Shown: in pieces, positions 30,601-38,659 of the stretch
How the letters are laid out: each line of letters begins with the position of its first letter
Position numbering within the stretch: position 1 is the stretch's first letter
From: a virus
Taxonomy: Duplodnaviria > Caudoviricetes
IMG/VR virus record: IMGVR_UViG_3300020036_001753
Span: 1-64,000 of that record
Strand: one strand, 5' to 3'
DNA: 64,000 nt
The notes under the pieces: model-generated
What the model saw: the letters and a program-made list of their open reading frames with translations, nothing else
Database searches by the model: none
What the model was told of the DNA's origin: nothing
Program-made: the position numbers and the translations under genes

Positions 30601-32431
30601 TGTTTCTACTGTTATCAATGATAAAACTCTGTTTGGTTCAAATAAATCTAATGCGTATTCTAAAGTAAAAAGAGAATATCAAACTAAGCTGTATCATTTA
30701 ATGGTATCGGAAGGACTTATTGATACTAAAGATGCTGTTAAGAGAAAACAACTAGTGCTAAACAAAGAAAAGAATAAATGGGAATGGTCTGCTAAACCTA
30801 TTTATTTACGTGAAGATGAATCTGCTATCTTAGAAGTTCCTGGTACAACTGCTTGGAGTGTAGAAGAACTAAATGATATGTTAGCAGTAGAGAATCCTTA
30901 TACAGTTTCTAAGCTATCTAATGCAGATAAAATTAAGTTTCTTAGAGAACAATTAGCTTTATTGGAAAGATACAGAGTTTATGAAAATACTGGACAAGCG
31001 TTACAATCTAATGTTAATCTTCTTGTTACAGATAAGATGGGAATCGGACCTAATATTAACGTTACTAGAGAATGGTCAGAACGTGTATCTGAAGAGATTA
31101 ATAATAGTTTAGATAATGATAGTGGAATTTTCACTAAAGATGGAGAAGCTTTGCTTAGTGCTATTTATAGTAATGAAGAATCTGCTTACGCTCCTTTAGC
31201 TAATTATGTAACTTATGGTAATGCTCCTGGTTATAATATACTTAGCAAGCTTTTCTTTACTACTAGTAATAACTTTAATAACTTTAAAGATATTCTTAAT
31301 ATAAAGAATGGAGATGCTCTAGTAGATAATTACTTATTGCAAGCGTTAGTAAGTATGATGCCTTATGCACAAGCTCTTAATACTCCGGAAATACTAGGTA
31401 TAAATAAAGAGTTTACGCCTGTATTTGATTTTACTTCGCAATCTATTGAAGAGTTTGATGCATTAAGTACTGCTAACAAATTGTTCTTAATTAAGAATAA
31501 CTTAACTACAGTGTTAGCTAAAGAAAGAGCGCATTTTCTTAACTTCTTAGAGCCAAACATCGACGCTAACGTTATTAAACGTAGAGGATTTCACTTTATC
31601 AATTTTAATAAGCCCAAGTCTACTGATAACATTGATGATACTATCATAATATCTTTTGAAAAGCTTATTAACTCTGATAATAAGTTCTTAGCTAATTTAG
31701 GTAAGAGTTTGGTTGACTATAACGTAGCTTTGTATGGATTGAATTTTGCTTCTAATTCTTGGAGTAATTATATACCTGCTACTTATTTGGTTAATACTAT
31801 GCAAGTTGATAAAGCTTTTAAGAATTACGAATTTAGATTGAATTCAGGAGAGACTTTAGTTTCTTATGATACTGATACTTTCTATAGAAATAATTGGGAT
31901 AATACTAATATTGTTCCTCAAGTTTATTCTAATTATGCTAAAGATGCAAGTGGAAGATACCTTATGGAAGAGGATGAATATGGGCAACCATTAGGTTATG
32001 AAGTTATTGATAATAAACCTGATTGGTCGGCAGCTAGTAATAGTAGTATATTACCTATTAGCAAGAAGAGATTAGCTAAAGAAGATAGCAAGATTAAAAG
32101 AGCAAAGTTCTTGTTAATATCTAAACTAGTTAAAGGTGAAAAAGTTACTACACTATTCAAACGGTATTTTACTGGAATACGTGAAATAGATAATATATAC
32201 GATACTAAAATAAGTAATGCTGTATATTATTATCCTATCGGAAAGCTTGGAGGTAAGTTAAAAAATACCGAATTTACAGCCAATTCAATGTACGCTGAAA
32301 ATAACGTTGCTTATCCAGCAGAAGTTTTTGAAAAGATGTTAGAACATAAATATTTAGGAAATACATTAACTCCTTCGGAAGCTAAAGCTATAATAGAAGC
32401 TGAACGTAACGAAGATAAATCTTGTAAATAG
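21653..32431 (+). CDS. virion RNA polymerase (crAss-like double-psi barrel) with accessory zincin, NADAR-like and P-loop kinase modules
   Basis: Catalytic DFDID at 29615-29629 in GWDFDIDTLY, preceded by GYRIPT and LPGELVTKTG. HEILGH at 22031. Walker A GTSGSGKST at 25178. Confidence 0.9.
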   Translation: MIACPNKNFRTNPDQKLSDWDSLVNNIGEIPALTAFIENNYNIPAMGTPVAVADNTLVNLQKADEDYSSTTAEELKATIKEVAIRAANRIGGTVDFYFDKYEPIRGKNAGMKSSINLAKARLDTPIHEILGHPIIKVLKLLSKEQRTKFVWDEHYAVVITPTEDNLYWSYTEIGLTNKTQVEPANIQIFDSKEEAETYHDIRKRNFEKEIITPARNNLYNNLLKELETGRGKEVLDRVQKDYNDKEDYVVNKANLLKQLQHYSDNIIDINNIVINRVFNNETNTFTIKSISYNAVYDIGMGKTRESEHSYNITKDSFSDKLLEKAKYTLEEQQEEAIVELLGMLTAEKLDKIKDSSLIALLKELLKTISDFVKTLITAKEIVVEDLPEELTLEDLANIFAYSESKIILPGYKAEYKTPDGQVFSTNAEAQRHLTKLLYQEPQLIEEEEDQDYVSSITYFHKNKIYRFKINPSIGTDQPFNVIYGLDIRTNDNAWFLVSEDNTFSRKLTEEEVINYYNNELYSSNKDFKQGRFLSINKELEEGLAIIEAYKKENNIKYNPQEAYNRDQEFISVMGAYGGVDIDIFIANLQQHVIDHAKAGSRFDLSVTTAKKNSSYRNIKGHFKGNRIIIKFYPQPEDINWVSNTDNYSGSVRREDIHAADVVSTKPGEVVGVSFTKSPSKQNLYSIKPSIAEAIDNVAGYTELAVQITENNHRIIYESDVPYATKRLIDKYNQWLDTKYGKVKELPKSDMTTLKYEVWIDPLQEYIDSGWDIEFIKRFDTPEEAQEFILEAQERYSAGALYMKEVAKPAETAQKEVVSIKEVTDKMFPNIVKPDISQLYVEETMLGNNAIDESGNYIQEYAVITNGGLETGFVFATIEAAQAQVDELNKGVESSKFYEVEQRNRLDIKYVFLSDNKFIKEAINKLDLIDGFKTERELLNKRLLVINTAIEFYNDELKNSNKYNINTNRQLEINKKIADLKEAELRYPRGLVTSSVVPDGTSMVNDGTIAWQKVESTENPKKAKVEGINIFTKSTDKLGRQLTNPNWGAKEIMDIEAVYKANASRIKAPQLDAQAALVYDKNLMYSLQVQKFRNHPELIEEINKRGGLDFILASSHETGEKNSRWTGTGMESNFIQVLAKSYETVAKELNKFIDKSAEQQITKPSNSTKPDVILPIGTSGSGKSTWISSINKDNKFVVISPDEMRVEFTGDMNDKSKDKEIYEEAAKRTIQAIKDGKQVIFDTTNLTKDKRRPFINAIKAALPNANIQYKLMPLNPELAKQRIKADIAAGKNRANVPDATIDRHAISYAEMLEDIKSEDISNYDDVVTTTNNTPIVDSLSEDKKARKSSRYKGMESLQRQFTLTDIEIYVNHISLRAMQFINKFADVTNADKIANPGKYDIKANILVALKKHTNSLLLQGDKEGATETKRIVNNFDDFWNLAVEEVDRKLNYDISDEQMPAKYDGNTKLTKTWDDAAAFSISSKESFDKEIKRIIMTTPKVANTDFAYRGGEFVYTNDDERFSRDNKARLITGLDFNTLYPFILSQMSGLSTDQEMMDRLYYLKDTEPSMLLLWDKISKDPLLRNKWFANFNKAYYPAKYYRISDTAGKLIIRRDTANKQFVLADTWSNRLKVLITYSNNNPEKTVFSKALLSEITALINSKGSLEDRIKNVALAYQKIGIDLKSDVLSKIVNNPLFWAEAETAEEFFDKEIVLNFKKIGNTLFNQKEIKFNAQGYINKVAEYAQVYYYNVIESSYYTGGGESVYSYNKPNFLTRFFNKFTRLNKVDSLDATKDKQDILDFIKEYMQDTGMIFSNWVYENGSNNTFLKVRQGEKTLEELTIDDLNIEAIKNFEFNLLDTVKQENSNVVVDYSSMSGEDWKMFTLLEYLNGAKGFANIPILIQSDSSNIYTLQLPKISIYEAGSVFTDKGIKRSSKLFKAVENTVIQEIARMQVAKNLLFDEIKNDAGVVIGLSPKQFDNAMLASLEQGYHYDTLGKDGQPILLDSAGFPTGRVFKFQNTNYSSATGEIISLNNSPELFSFGIFRRDMVRNLIINDHIESFINDLVKSHLKIYKSFEGNITIAEKGKKTKLLSSYSNYADFIAEFAINTYLSNVEQSNWMSGLLGQYKSWVESNKRAKQLTSPAQTAGTAYRGVTYKAAVVEDANLASSYLQGIKASLISSLKNKYPGLVYREKTKAKRNALEIEVDKILKAYSRTTVSDGQSYMTLDRLEKVLKDFGRWNKKYEMLFAKIKAGATLTENDISLLLVPMKPYYYYKNVNGNTSSVRSTQVKTAIIPLIPQLIKGTGLERVLANMEKNSVDEIYFKSAVKVGGTYTNKILDNKGNVLKNFDLIAADYYNEGWGLQLDLPQHLKDQQNKLGIQIAKLIFSNLPATTQFAVGSTTYTGEQLFKLFTDLQEANLKQDLNTLLEELGVFRFEELYDALDSLNTGRVSDPSFGFTDYNKVAEILKDEIIKRNLPLHYLNFIELDPLDNTFKIPLSLGFLGNKFQQILTALFTNRITDQKFPGGHVALISDIMFTHIENPTDLGIEFISTGEKGKEVQERLKSGNFRLQPPIIVNETTLKVEAIMPAWSKKFFKNGNRVSINEIPEELRTMVGYRIPTEEKYSMVVLEVIGFAPEGLDTFAILPGELVTKTGWDFDIDTLYLMQKTFDVNLKEYKYTTDRDKLFRQFVINRTNVNIYKDFAEDKKAIIKDFAEFYGVPADNLGEVFDYLNQLIADEKERQSLLDWIDNSDITALRFDIEYVKAIGQEIAEAKARIATTEEMYRDEFNAYTTEELNSKAARNNRIFDIFKGILSSPDIYAQAMTPGAFSDMADLKTKVEKLIGDSGSRYNPHTRAGQDSFRDKNISGVILKGISASINGALPIFQQTESQFSDDLAFTIIENGETKIYKAIGKRDDGTVYGENGNLITNGTAQLLGNTVDIVKEGFPYNINVETVYIFSAMLITGISIDYAGTFIRQPIVNKYVSTVINDKTLFGSNKSNAYSKVKREYQTKLYHLMVSEGLIDTKDAVKRKQLVLNKEKNKWEWSAKPIYLREDESAILEVPGTTAWSVEELNDMLAVENPYTVSKLSNADKIKFLREQLALLERYRVYENTGQALQSNVNLLVTDKMGIGPNINVTREWSERVSEEINNSLDNDSGIFTKDGEALLSAIYSNEESAYAPLANYVTYGNAPGYNILSKLFFTTSNNFNNFKDILNIKNGDALVDNYLLQALVSMMPYAQALNTPEILGINKEFTPVFDFTSQSIEEFDALSTANKLFLIKNNLTTVLAKERAHFLNFLEPNIDANVIKRRGFHFINFNKPKSTDNIDDTIIISFEKLINSDNKFLANLGKSLVDYNVALYGLNFASNSWSNYIPATYLVNTMQVDKAFKNYEFRLNSGETLVSYDTDTFYRNNWDNTNIVPQVYSNYAKDASGRYLMEEDEYGQPLGYEVIDNKPDWSAASNSSILPISKKRLAKEDSKIKRAKFLLISKLVKGEKVTTLFKRYFTGIREIDNIYDTKISNAVYYYPIGKLGGKLKNTEFTANSMYAENNVAYPAEVFEKMLEHKYLGNTLTPSEAKAIIEAERNEDKSCK

Positions 32432-32432
32432 T

Positions 32433-35400
32433 ATGATTTGTACTTTTAATGCACCAAACGGAGAAGCTTCAAATTTATATTCAGAAGTTAAAGATGCTTA
32501 TGGTTCTTTAGCAGCAGAAGCTACGTATGCTTTTGTTAGAACTCCTGAATTTAAAGAACGATATCCAGAAGCTTTATTTTCTTATCAAGGTGAACCTGAA
32601 TTTGGTTGGCTACTAACTAATAATTTAATTAGAAATTTTGCTGATCCTACACCTTTGGAAAGTAAAGTTTATCAAGATTTTACTAGATTAGCTGATATAT
32701 TTGAGGAGTATGTACCTAACCTATATCTTAGAGAAGATACCGAATTGAATGCAAGTGCGGAAATAGGTTATGACGCAAATAATGTTCCTTACATAGCTTT
32801 CAATCCTAATAGAATTGCAGCTGATAGTATTTTTCATGAATTTGGACACCTTTACGTAGATTTATTAGGATATACTAATCCTTTAATTCAGGCAGGTATT
32901 GATCAATTGAGAGGTACTACTCTTTGGAATAATATTCAAAGACTGTATCCTGATTTGAATGACGAACAACTTGGAAAAGAAGTATTAACTACTGCAATAG
33001 GAAACCAAAGCTTACTTCTACAGGGAGATAATAAAATTGTATTTATAATTAATCAGATACTTAGAAAGATTGCTGAACTATTAGGATTAGAAATAGACAT
33101 AGCGAAGAAACTAGCTTCTGAATTAATTACTGGTAACGTTGAAAAGAAACTTAGAGGAAAACTCTCCCTGTATAGACAACAACGACGTTTTGAATTGGTT
33201 AATGATGCTTTTATAACTAAGAAAAGTTTTTTGATTAAAGCTAGAAATTCACTTATCAAAAAGATAAATGATTTCTATTCGCATTTATCGGCAGCTGAAA
33301 AAGCTAAAGATATTAGTTATACTAAACTATCTACATTCAAGCAAATGCTGGATAATGCTATTGAGTCTAACGAGGATATTGGTATCTTAAATTTCATTAA
33401 GAATACTTATGAACTAGCAACTAGTCTTAATGCAAGATTAGATCAAATAGTTGATGGAACTTGGAGAGATGCTCGAACTGGAAGAACTGAAGTTACAGCT
33501 GAAGATATTCTTAATATTCAAAATTACAATAGTCTTTTTGGTTTAGCTACCGAATTGATTGAACTTGTAGAAACTGATCCTAGTTTGAAACTGCGTATTA
33601 GTATGTTAAAACTAGATAACGCTTTACAGGATATAGCAGCTAAACATATTAAGATAGCAAATCTTAGTAAACAACTTGGTATCAAGATTGGAAGTAAGCT
33701 ACTAAGAAAAAGCGGTGCAGGAATTAATAAAGAAGAAGCCTTACAAAGACAGAAGCTGGAAAGAGAATACAATCAAACAAATAAGGAAGAACGTAATGCC
33801 GCTAATACTCCTGGAAAGAAACGCAGATTTGCAGAGAAACGGACTAAGTGGGTGAATGAGCAATTGCCTAAGTCTGAAGATACTAGTTATTATGATTATA
33901 TTTTACAACAATCTAATAGAGATATATCTTATTTAGACAGATTGTTTGTAGATGCGGATAAGCTTAATGATGAATTAATAAATACAGTTAGTGAAATTCT
34001 TGATAAAGTCGATTACGAAACCATGACTGCTGTAAATAAAGAATACGATGCTTTAAATGCAGTATTCCTAGATTACAGTAAAAAACATCCCCAGGGAGAT
34101 CAATTTGAAAAGTATAAAGATTTGCTTGAAGATGAAGTTATTTATAAAGATGGCAAAATTGTAAAGACTGGTAAAAAGAATACTAAATTAGCTAGTAAAT
34201 ATTATTCAATATTTATTGCTGAACATAATAAGGCTTGGGAAAAGTATCATGAATTAGGTAATACTTTAGGTTACAAAAGTAAAGAAGCTAAAGCGGAGTA
34301 TAAAAAAGTATTAGTTTGGCGTAACGCTAACATGGTTAATAAAGGTACTAAAGCTGACCCAGTTTGGATTGCTAATGACAAATGGCTTAATCCTGCATAT
34401 GATGCTATTAAAGACGATCCTATGTATAAGTATCTTACTAATTCTCTTATTGAAGCTGATTTAAATTTGCCTACGGCAGCTAAACTAGTTCGTAGTAGAT
34501 ATGGAGTTAACTCATTTGAATTACCTTCAATTAAGAGAAGAGGTCTAGAAAAGGTTTATCGCGATGGATTGTTTTCTACTATCAAAGAGAAGTGGGATGC
34601 TTTTTGGACTAAGTCTGCTGAAGATGATACTGCTTATGGAACTACAGTAGTTGTAGATACTTTGAATGACGCTTTGTTAGTAACAACTAATGAAGCTGGA
34701 GTTGAGCAAAACTCAATTCCGATTCACTTTAGGCATACTATTTCCAAAGAAGATCAATCCTACGATCTGCCTAGTATAATCTTATTGAATTATCATATGG
34801 CATTGAATTATAAAAACAAAACTAATGTTCGATTTGATATAGAATTAATCAGAACTTTGGCTGCCGAAAGAGATGTAGTTAAAACTGATGTAGGATTCTT
34901 GAGAGGTTTGAAATATAAGCTTGATAGAGTGTTATACAGAAAGACAGCAGATAAGGAATCTGATAAGCCTGGAGAACAAATTCCATTAACAGAAAAAGGA
35001 GAATTTAGTAATGCTTTTGCAGCATTAGATTCTATGATCGAACATAGATTATATGGAATTAGTACTTTATCTAGTGTTCAAGTTAATAAGATAGTTAATG
35101 CTATTGCTGGATATACGGGTCATACGTTGTTAATGCTTAATTATTTATCAGCCGGAGCTAACTTAGCTACCGGTATGATGTATAATATGTTTAGAGTTTC
35201 TCCTAGATTTTATACTAGAGATAACTTTGCAAAAGCTCATGCTAAATACGTAGCTAATATTCATACCATAGTTGGAGATATTGGAAAGCGAGTTCCTACT
35301 AGTAAAGTTAATTTGTTAATAAGAAAATTTAATGCTTTTGGAGATTGGGAAGCGGTAGCAAAACAATTTGTTAATGATACTAGACTTAAACAGATGGCAG

Positions 35401-36419
35401 ATTTAGGAACAATGCACTTTATGAATCATAGTGCAGAGCATATGATACAGTCTATCTTAATGCTTTCTGTCCTAGATAACATTAAAGTTAAGAATAAAGA
35501 TGGATTATATATTACTGCATCTGGCGAAACTACTGACGATATAAATAAAGCGATGTCTTTAGACGAAGCTTATGATGTTATTGATGGAGATTTAGTATTA
35601 AAACCTGGTGTAGATTCATCTTCTTTTCAAGATAGTATTAATGATTCTGAAAGCTTTTCTAAAGATACAGAATTTTTAGTTAGTCGAATGATTAGGGAAT
35701 TAAATTCTCAAATACAGGGGCAGTACAGTCCTCAAAAGAAAGCTGAAATTCAGAGACATTGGTATGGAGTTTTAGTTATGTTATTGAGAAAATGGATGCC
35801 TGCTGGATTAAAGTATAGATGGAGAGGTGTTGAAAGTATGTTTAAAGATAAGGATAATCTATTGGAAGATGAAATTTTCTATGACAAAGCTTTAAACGAA
35901 ATTCAGGAAGGATACTACGTTACTACTGGTAGAATATTAACTACTTTGATAAGACACGGAAAGCAGATTAAATGGGAAATAGTAAAGCAAGAATGGAGTG
36001 AACTAACTGATGAGGAAAAAGCTAATGTTATTAGAACTGTTAAAGAATTTGTTACAGTTGTAACACTTTTAGCTATCGGAAGTATGTTTAAAGAGATGGG
36101 CGACGATGACGAAGGAAATGTAGGTTACTATTTGATAGCTTTTTATGCGCTAAGATTGCAACGGGAAATGATGACGTTTGTTAATCCTGCAGAATTTAGT
36201 TCTACAATTAGGACTCCAACCGTAGCTATTGCAATGTTAGATAGAGGTATAGCTTTACTTTGGCAAATGCTTCATCCTTTTGAAAGATATGAAACTGGTG
36301 CTAGAGATGGAGAGCTAAAGATAATTAAGAAGCTACAAGACTTTGTGCCGATTGCTAAGCAGATTGATAGAGAATTAGTAGAAGCAGTTAATTGGATGTA
36401 TAGTAAGCGGATTAGATAG
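32433..36419 (+). CDS. giant ejected virion protein with N-terminal zincin-like metallopeptidase
   Basis: HEFGH at 32835 with a downstream KEV third-ligand candidate, and hydrophobic C-terminal helices. Third member of the crAss-like giant-gene triad. Confidence 0.7.
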   Translation: MICTFNAPNGEASNLYSEVKDAYGSLAAEATYAFVRTPEFKERYPEALFSYQGEPEFGWLLTNNLIRNFADPTPLESKVYQDFTRLADIFEEYVPNLYLREDTELNASAEIGYDANNVPYIAFNPNRIAADSIFHEFGHLYVDLLGYTNPLIQAGIDQLRGTTLWNNIQRLYPDLNDEQLGKEVLTTAIGNQSLLLQGDNKIVFIINQILRKIAELLGLEIDIAKKLASELITGNVEKKLRGKLSLYRQQRRFELVNDAFITKKSFLIKARNSLIKKINDFYSHLSAAEKAKDISYTKLSTFKQMLDNAIESNEDIGILNFIKNTYELATSLNARLDQIVDGTWRDARTGRTEVTAEDILNIQNYNSLFGLATELIELVETDPSLKLRISMLKLDNALQDIAAKHIKIANLSKQLGIKIGSKLLRKSGAGINKEEALQRQKLEREYNQTNKEERNAANTPGKKRRFAEKRTKWVNEQLPKSEDTSYYDYILQQSNRDISYLDRLFVDADKLNDELINTVSEILDKVDYETMTAVNKEYDALNAVFLDYSKKHPQGDQFEKYKDLLEDEVIYKDGKIVKTGKKNTKLASKYYSIFIAEHNKAWEKYHELGNTLGYKSKEAKAEYKKVLVWRNANMVNKGTKADPVWIANDKWLNPAYDAIKDDPMYKYLTNSLIEADLNLPTAAKLVRSRYGVNSFELPSIKRRGLEKVYRDGLFSTIKEKWDAFWTKSAEDDTAYGTTVVVDTLNDALLVTTNEAGVEQNSIPIHFRHTISKEDQSYDLPSIILLNYHMALNYKNKTNVRFDIELIRTLAAERDVVKTDVGFLRGLKYKLDRVLYRKTADKESDKPGEQIPLTEKGEFSNAFAALDSMIEHRLYGISTLSSVQVNKIVNAIAGYTGHTLLMLNYLSAGANLATGMMYNMFRVSPRFYTRDNFAKAHAKYVANIHTIVGDIGKRVPTSKVNLLIRKFNAFGDWEAVAKQFVNDTRLKQMADLGTMHFMNHSAEHMIQSILMLSVLDNIKVKNKDGLYITASGETTDDINKAMSLDEAYDVIDGDLVLKPGVDSSSFQDSINDSESFSKDTEFLVSRMIRELNSQIQGQYSPQKKAEIQRHWYGVLVMLLRKWMPAGLKYRWRGVESMFKDKDNLLEDEIFYDKALNEIQEGYYVTTGRILTTLIRHGKQIKWEIVKQEWSELTDEEKANVIRTVKEFVTVVTLLAIGSMFKEMGDDDEGNVGYYLIAFYALRLQREMMTFVNPAEFSSTIRTPTVAIAMLDRGIALLWQMLHPFERYETGARDGELKIIKKLQDFVPIAKQIDRELVEAVNWMYSKRIR

Positions 36420-36543
36420 TAGAAAGCTGTACGAGCCGTATGTAGTTCCATTGTTGACTAACGTGTACGTACTCATGTCCAGGAACGCTATGTAATACTC
36501 ATGTTATTTGACCATCTTTTCAGGCTTATAGCATTGTTAAAGT

Positions 36544-36568
36544 AAAAAGTAACCCCAGCGGGGTTACT
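36544..36568 (-). terminator. intrinsic terminator at the convergence of the two arms
   Basis: agtaacccc-agc-ggggttact perfect 9-bp stem, followed by a T run on the - strand. Confidence 0.75.
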
Positions 36569-36577
36569 AGATTGTTC

Positions 36578-36874
36578 TTAAACAAAGTCTATAGGATTCC
36601 AGTAACAATTAAGATCATCATTTTTTACAGTTTCTTCAGCTTCCGTATTCTTTTGATGTTTATTATTACTGTTTAAATCTGTATTCAGTAGCAATAGTAT
36701 ATCTTGTCTATTACGGTATTGATCTTTAGCAATAGTTATTTCTATTGGAAGAACTTTACGAAGTTCCTCGAAAGGAATATCCGTTAAAAATTGTACTATT
36801 GACTTCTTTACGAGGCTTTCTAAAACATCAGCAGAAAGGTCCAAAGGTATGCCAGCTTGGTATTTATAGATCAT
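36578..36874 (-). CDS. hypothetical protein
   Basis: 98-aa ORF flanked by two terminator hairpins. Confidence 0.6.
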   Translation of the reverse strand: MIYKYQAGIPLDLSADVLESLVKKSIVQFLTDIPFEELRKVLPIEITIAKDQYRNRQDILLLLNTDLNSNNKHQKNTEAEETVKNDDLNCYWNPIDFV

Positions 36875-36891
36875 AGTTGTAAGAATTTAAT

Positions 36892-36922
36892 AAGGGATGC
36901 AGCAGTATTTGCTACATCCCTT
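36892..36922 (-). terminator. terminator-like hairpin
   Basis: Minus strand gggatgtagca-aatac-tgctgcatccc. The only non-Watson-Crick pair is G-U on the - strand. Confidence 0.6.
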
Positions 36923-36927
36923 TATTA

Positions 36928-37131
36928 TTAAACTTCAGTAATCATTACATAAAAGTAAACTATATCAACGATACTCATTCCTACTAAGTAATCTGTAGCA
37001 TATTTGATAACTGTTTTAATATTAACAGGCTTATCTAAATTTGCAAGTCTTTCCTTAGTAGCTTTGAATATCATATAGTTAGCTATTATCAGTAACCCTA
37101 CTGTTTTAAACAGAATCGAATGAAAAAGCAT
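36928..37131 (-). CDS. small two-TM membrane protein
   Basis: Two hydrophobic segments (VGLLIIANYMIF; YLVGMSIVDIVYFYVMI). Confidence 0.55.
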   Translation of the reverse strand: MLFHSILFKTVGLLIIANYMIFKATKERLANLDKPVNIKTVIKYATDYLVGMSIVDIVYFYVMITEV

Positions 37132-37657
37132 CTGCTAAATCTACTTTAGTGTAACCATAAGGCTTTAATACTTTGCCTGATACTCCATGTTTGAACATTG
37201 CTTTGTCTTCTACATGATGAATCGTTATAAAAGGTACATTAGGATATTGTTCTACAGTTTTATTATAAAACTCCGCATCTTCCAATTTAGACTTATCGAA
37301 AGCTTTTGTCATATTATTTTTGTGAACAATACGCCATCCTTTTACATAAGTTTCTTCAAATCCAAAAGCTAGCACACTTCCTTTTACAAAATATTCAAGA
37401 TCAATTAAAGCATCCAGGATTTCAACTATGTCATACGTGGCAGGTTTATCCTTATACTTAGGCTTTTCAATAGTAATAATTCGATCAACAAGATCATCAA
37501 TGTTACCTCCTGCGGCTTGATTCAATTCACATAATTCTTCTAAGATTGTATTAATCCTAAGATTAATAGTTTCTTTATCAAGAATTGATGGAAATTTCGG
37601 AACTTCTTGTCCGAATGTAGTCATAAACTCCTTTACATCTTGCAGTTCATTCACCAT
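37106..37657 (-). CDS. MazG-like / PRA-PH family NTP pyrophosphohydrolase
   Basis: EELCEL, EILDALIDLEY, VHKNNMTK and GKVLKP motifs. Confidence 0.8.
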   Translation of the reverse strand: MVNELQDVKEFMTTFGQEVPKFPSILDKETINLRINTILEELCELNQAAGGNIDDLVDRIITIEKPKYKDKPATYDIVEILDALIDLEYFVKGSVLAFGFEETYVKGWRIVHKNNMTKAFDKSKLEDAEFYNKTVEQYPNVPFITIHHVEDKAMFKHGVSGKVLKPYGYTKVDLADAFSFDSV

Positions 37658-37658
37658 T

Positions 37659-38657
37659 TTAATTCGATTTTAAGTTAAGTAAATAATCAATTGCAGTTTT
37701 AAATATAGTATGGTTAGCTCCGAGCATCATTGCCTTAAACTTACCAGCAAAGCTACGAGTAGGCTTTCTAAGATAAACTCCGGTAATAGCATTGAATACT
37801 TTATATGCTGTATAATCGGGAATGTCTCTTTGTCCAGGTCCAGAATGGTAATAAAGCTTTAATTCTCTAAGTAAATCCTTCTTGTTGTTTGAAAGCTTTT
37901 TCATAACAGCTTCCGGATTTAAAGTAAATGCAGCATAATCTTTCTCTAAAACTATTCTAAGAAACAGTTCTTCAATTTGAGGAACAGTAACTTGAATCTT
38001 TGTCAGTTTGTCAATAGTATCGGCTTCGGATGCAATCAAGCTAAGTAATCTCTTAAAATAAACTTGATAGGAATCCAATTTATGTACACTATTTTTAGTA
38101 TGACGTATTTTGATAATAGCATTGCTAAACAGTGTAGGTATTTGATTGGAGCAGCTAAGCCTAATTGGAAGCAAAATAATACTACTACTTACAATCTTTT
38201 TGTGACTTGAAATAATACACACATTGTACTTAATAGTATCAGTTTCTCCAGTAAGTGATATTCCAGCAGATTCTTCACGCAGTTGCAGTATAACAAAGTT
38301 TAAAGCTCCGTCATCAATAGAACCTCCATTAACTACGATAGCTCCTTGTTCTATTAAGTAAGTAGCAAACTCAAATACTTCATGATTTTGGTGTATGCCA
38401 TAATCTTCGCTAACAACTTCTAAAGGTTCACCATAAAAAGGCGCGCCACATTCTATCGAAAGTTTTTGTATAAAATAAAAACTATCTGAAGCTGAATCTG
38501 CGTTTCTATCAGCATAAGTACGATACCAAGCTTTGTTCATTACAACTTCAAAATCTAATCCAAAAGTTTTTAATATATCTTCCAGATTAGTAAGATGCTC
38601 ATGTTCAGGATTGTAAACAAATAGTTTACGAATTTCATTATCAGAAATATGATACAT
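37659..38657 (-). CDS. DUF932-family protein
   Basis: GLDFEV, YGIHQNHEVFEF, LPIRLSCSNQ, IRHTKN and YKVFNAIT motifs. Confidence 0.75.
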   Translation of the reverse strand: MYHISDNEIRKLFVYNPEHEHLTNLEDILKTFGLDFEVVMNKAWYRTYADRNADSASDSFYFIQKLSIECGAPFYGEPLEVVSEDYGIHQNHEVFEFATYLIEQGAIVVNGGSIDDGALNFVILQLREESAGISLTGETDTIKYNVCIISSHKKIVSSSIILLPIRLSCSNQIPTLFSNAIIKIRHTKNSVHKLDSYQVYFKRLLSLIASEADTIDKLTKIQVTVPQIEELFLRIVLEKDYAAFTLNPEAVMKKLSNNKKDLLRELKLYYHSGPGQRDIPDYTAYKVFNAITGVYLRKPTRSFAGKFKAMMLGANHTIFKTAIDYLLNLKSN

Positions 38658-38659
38658 TG

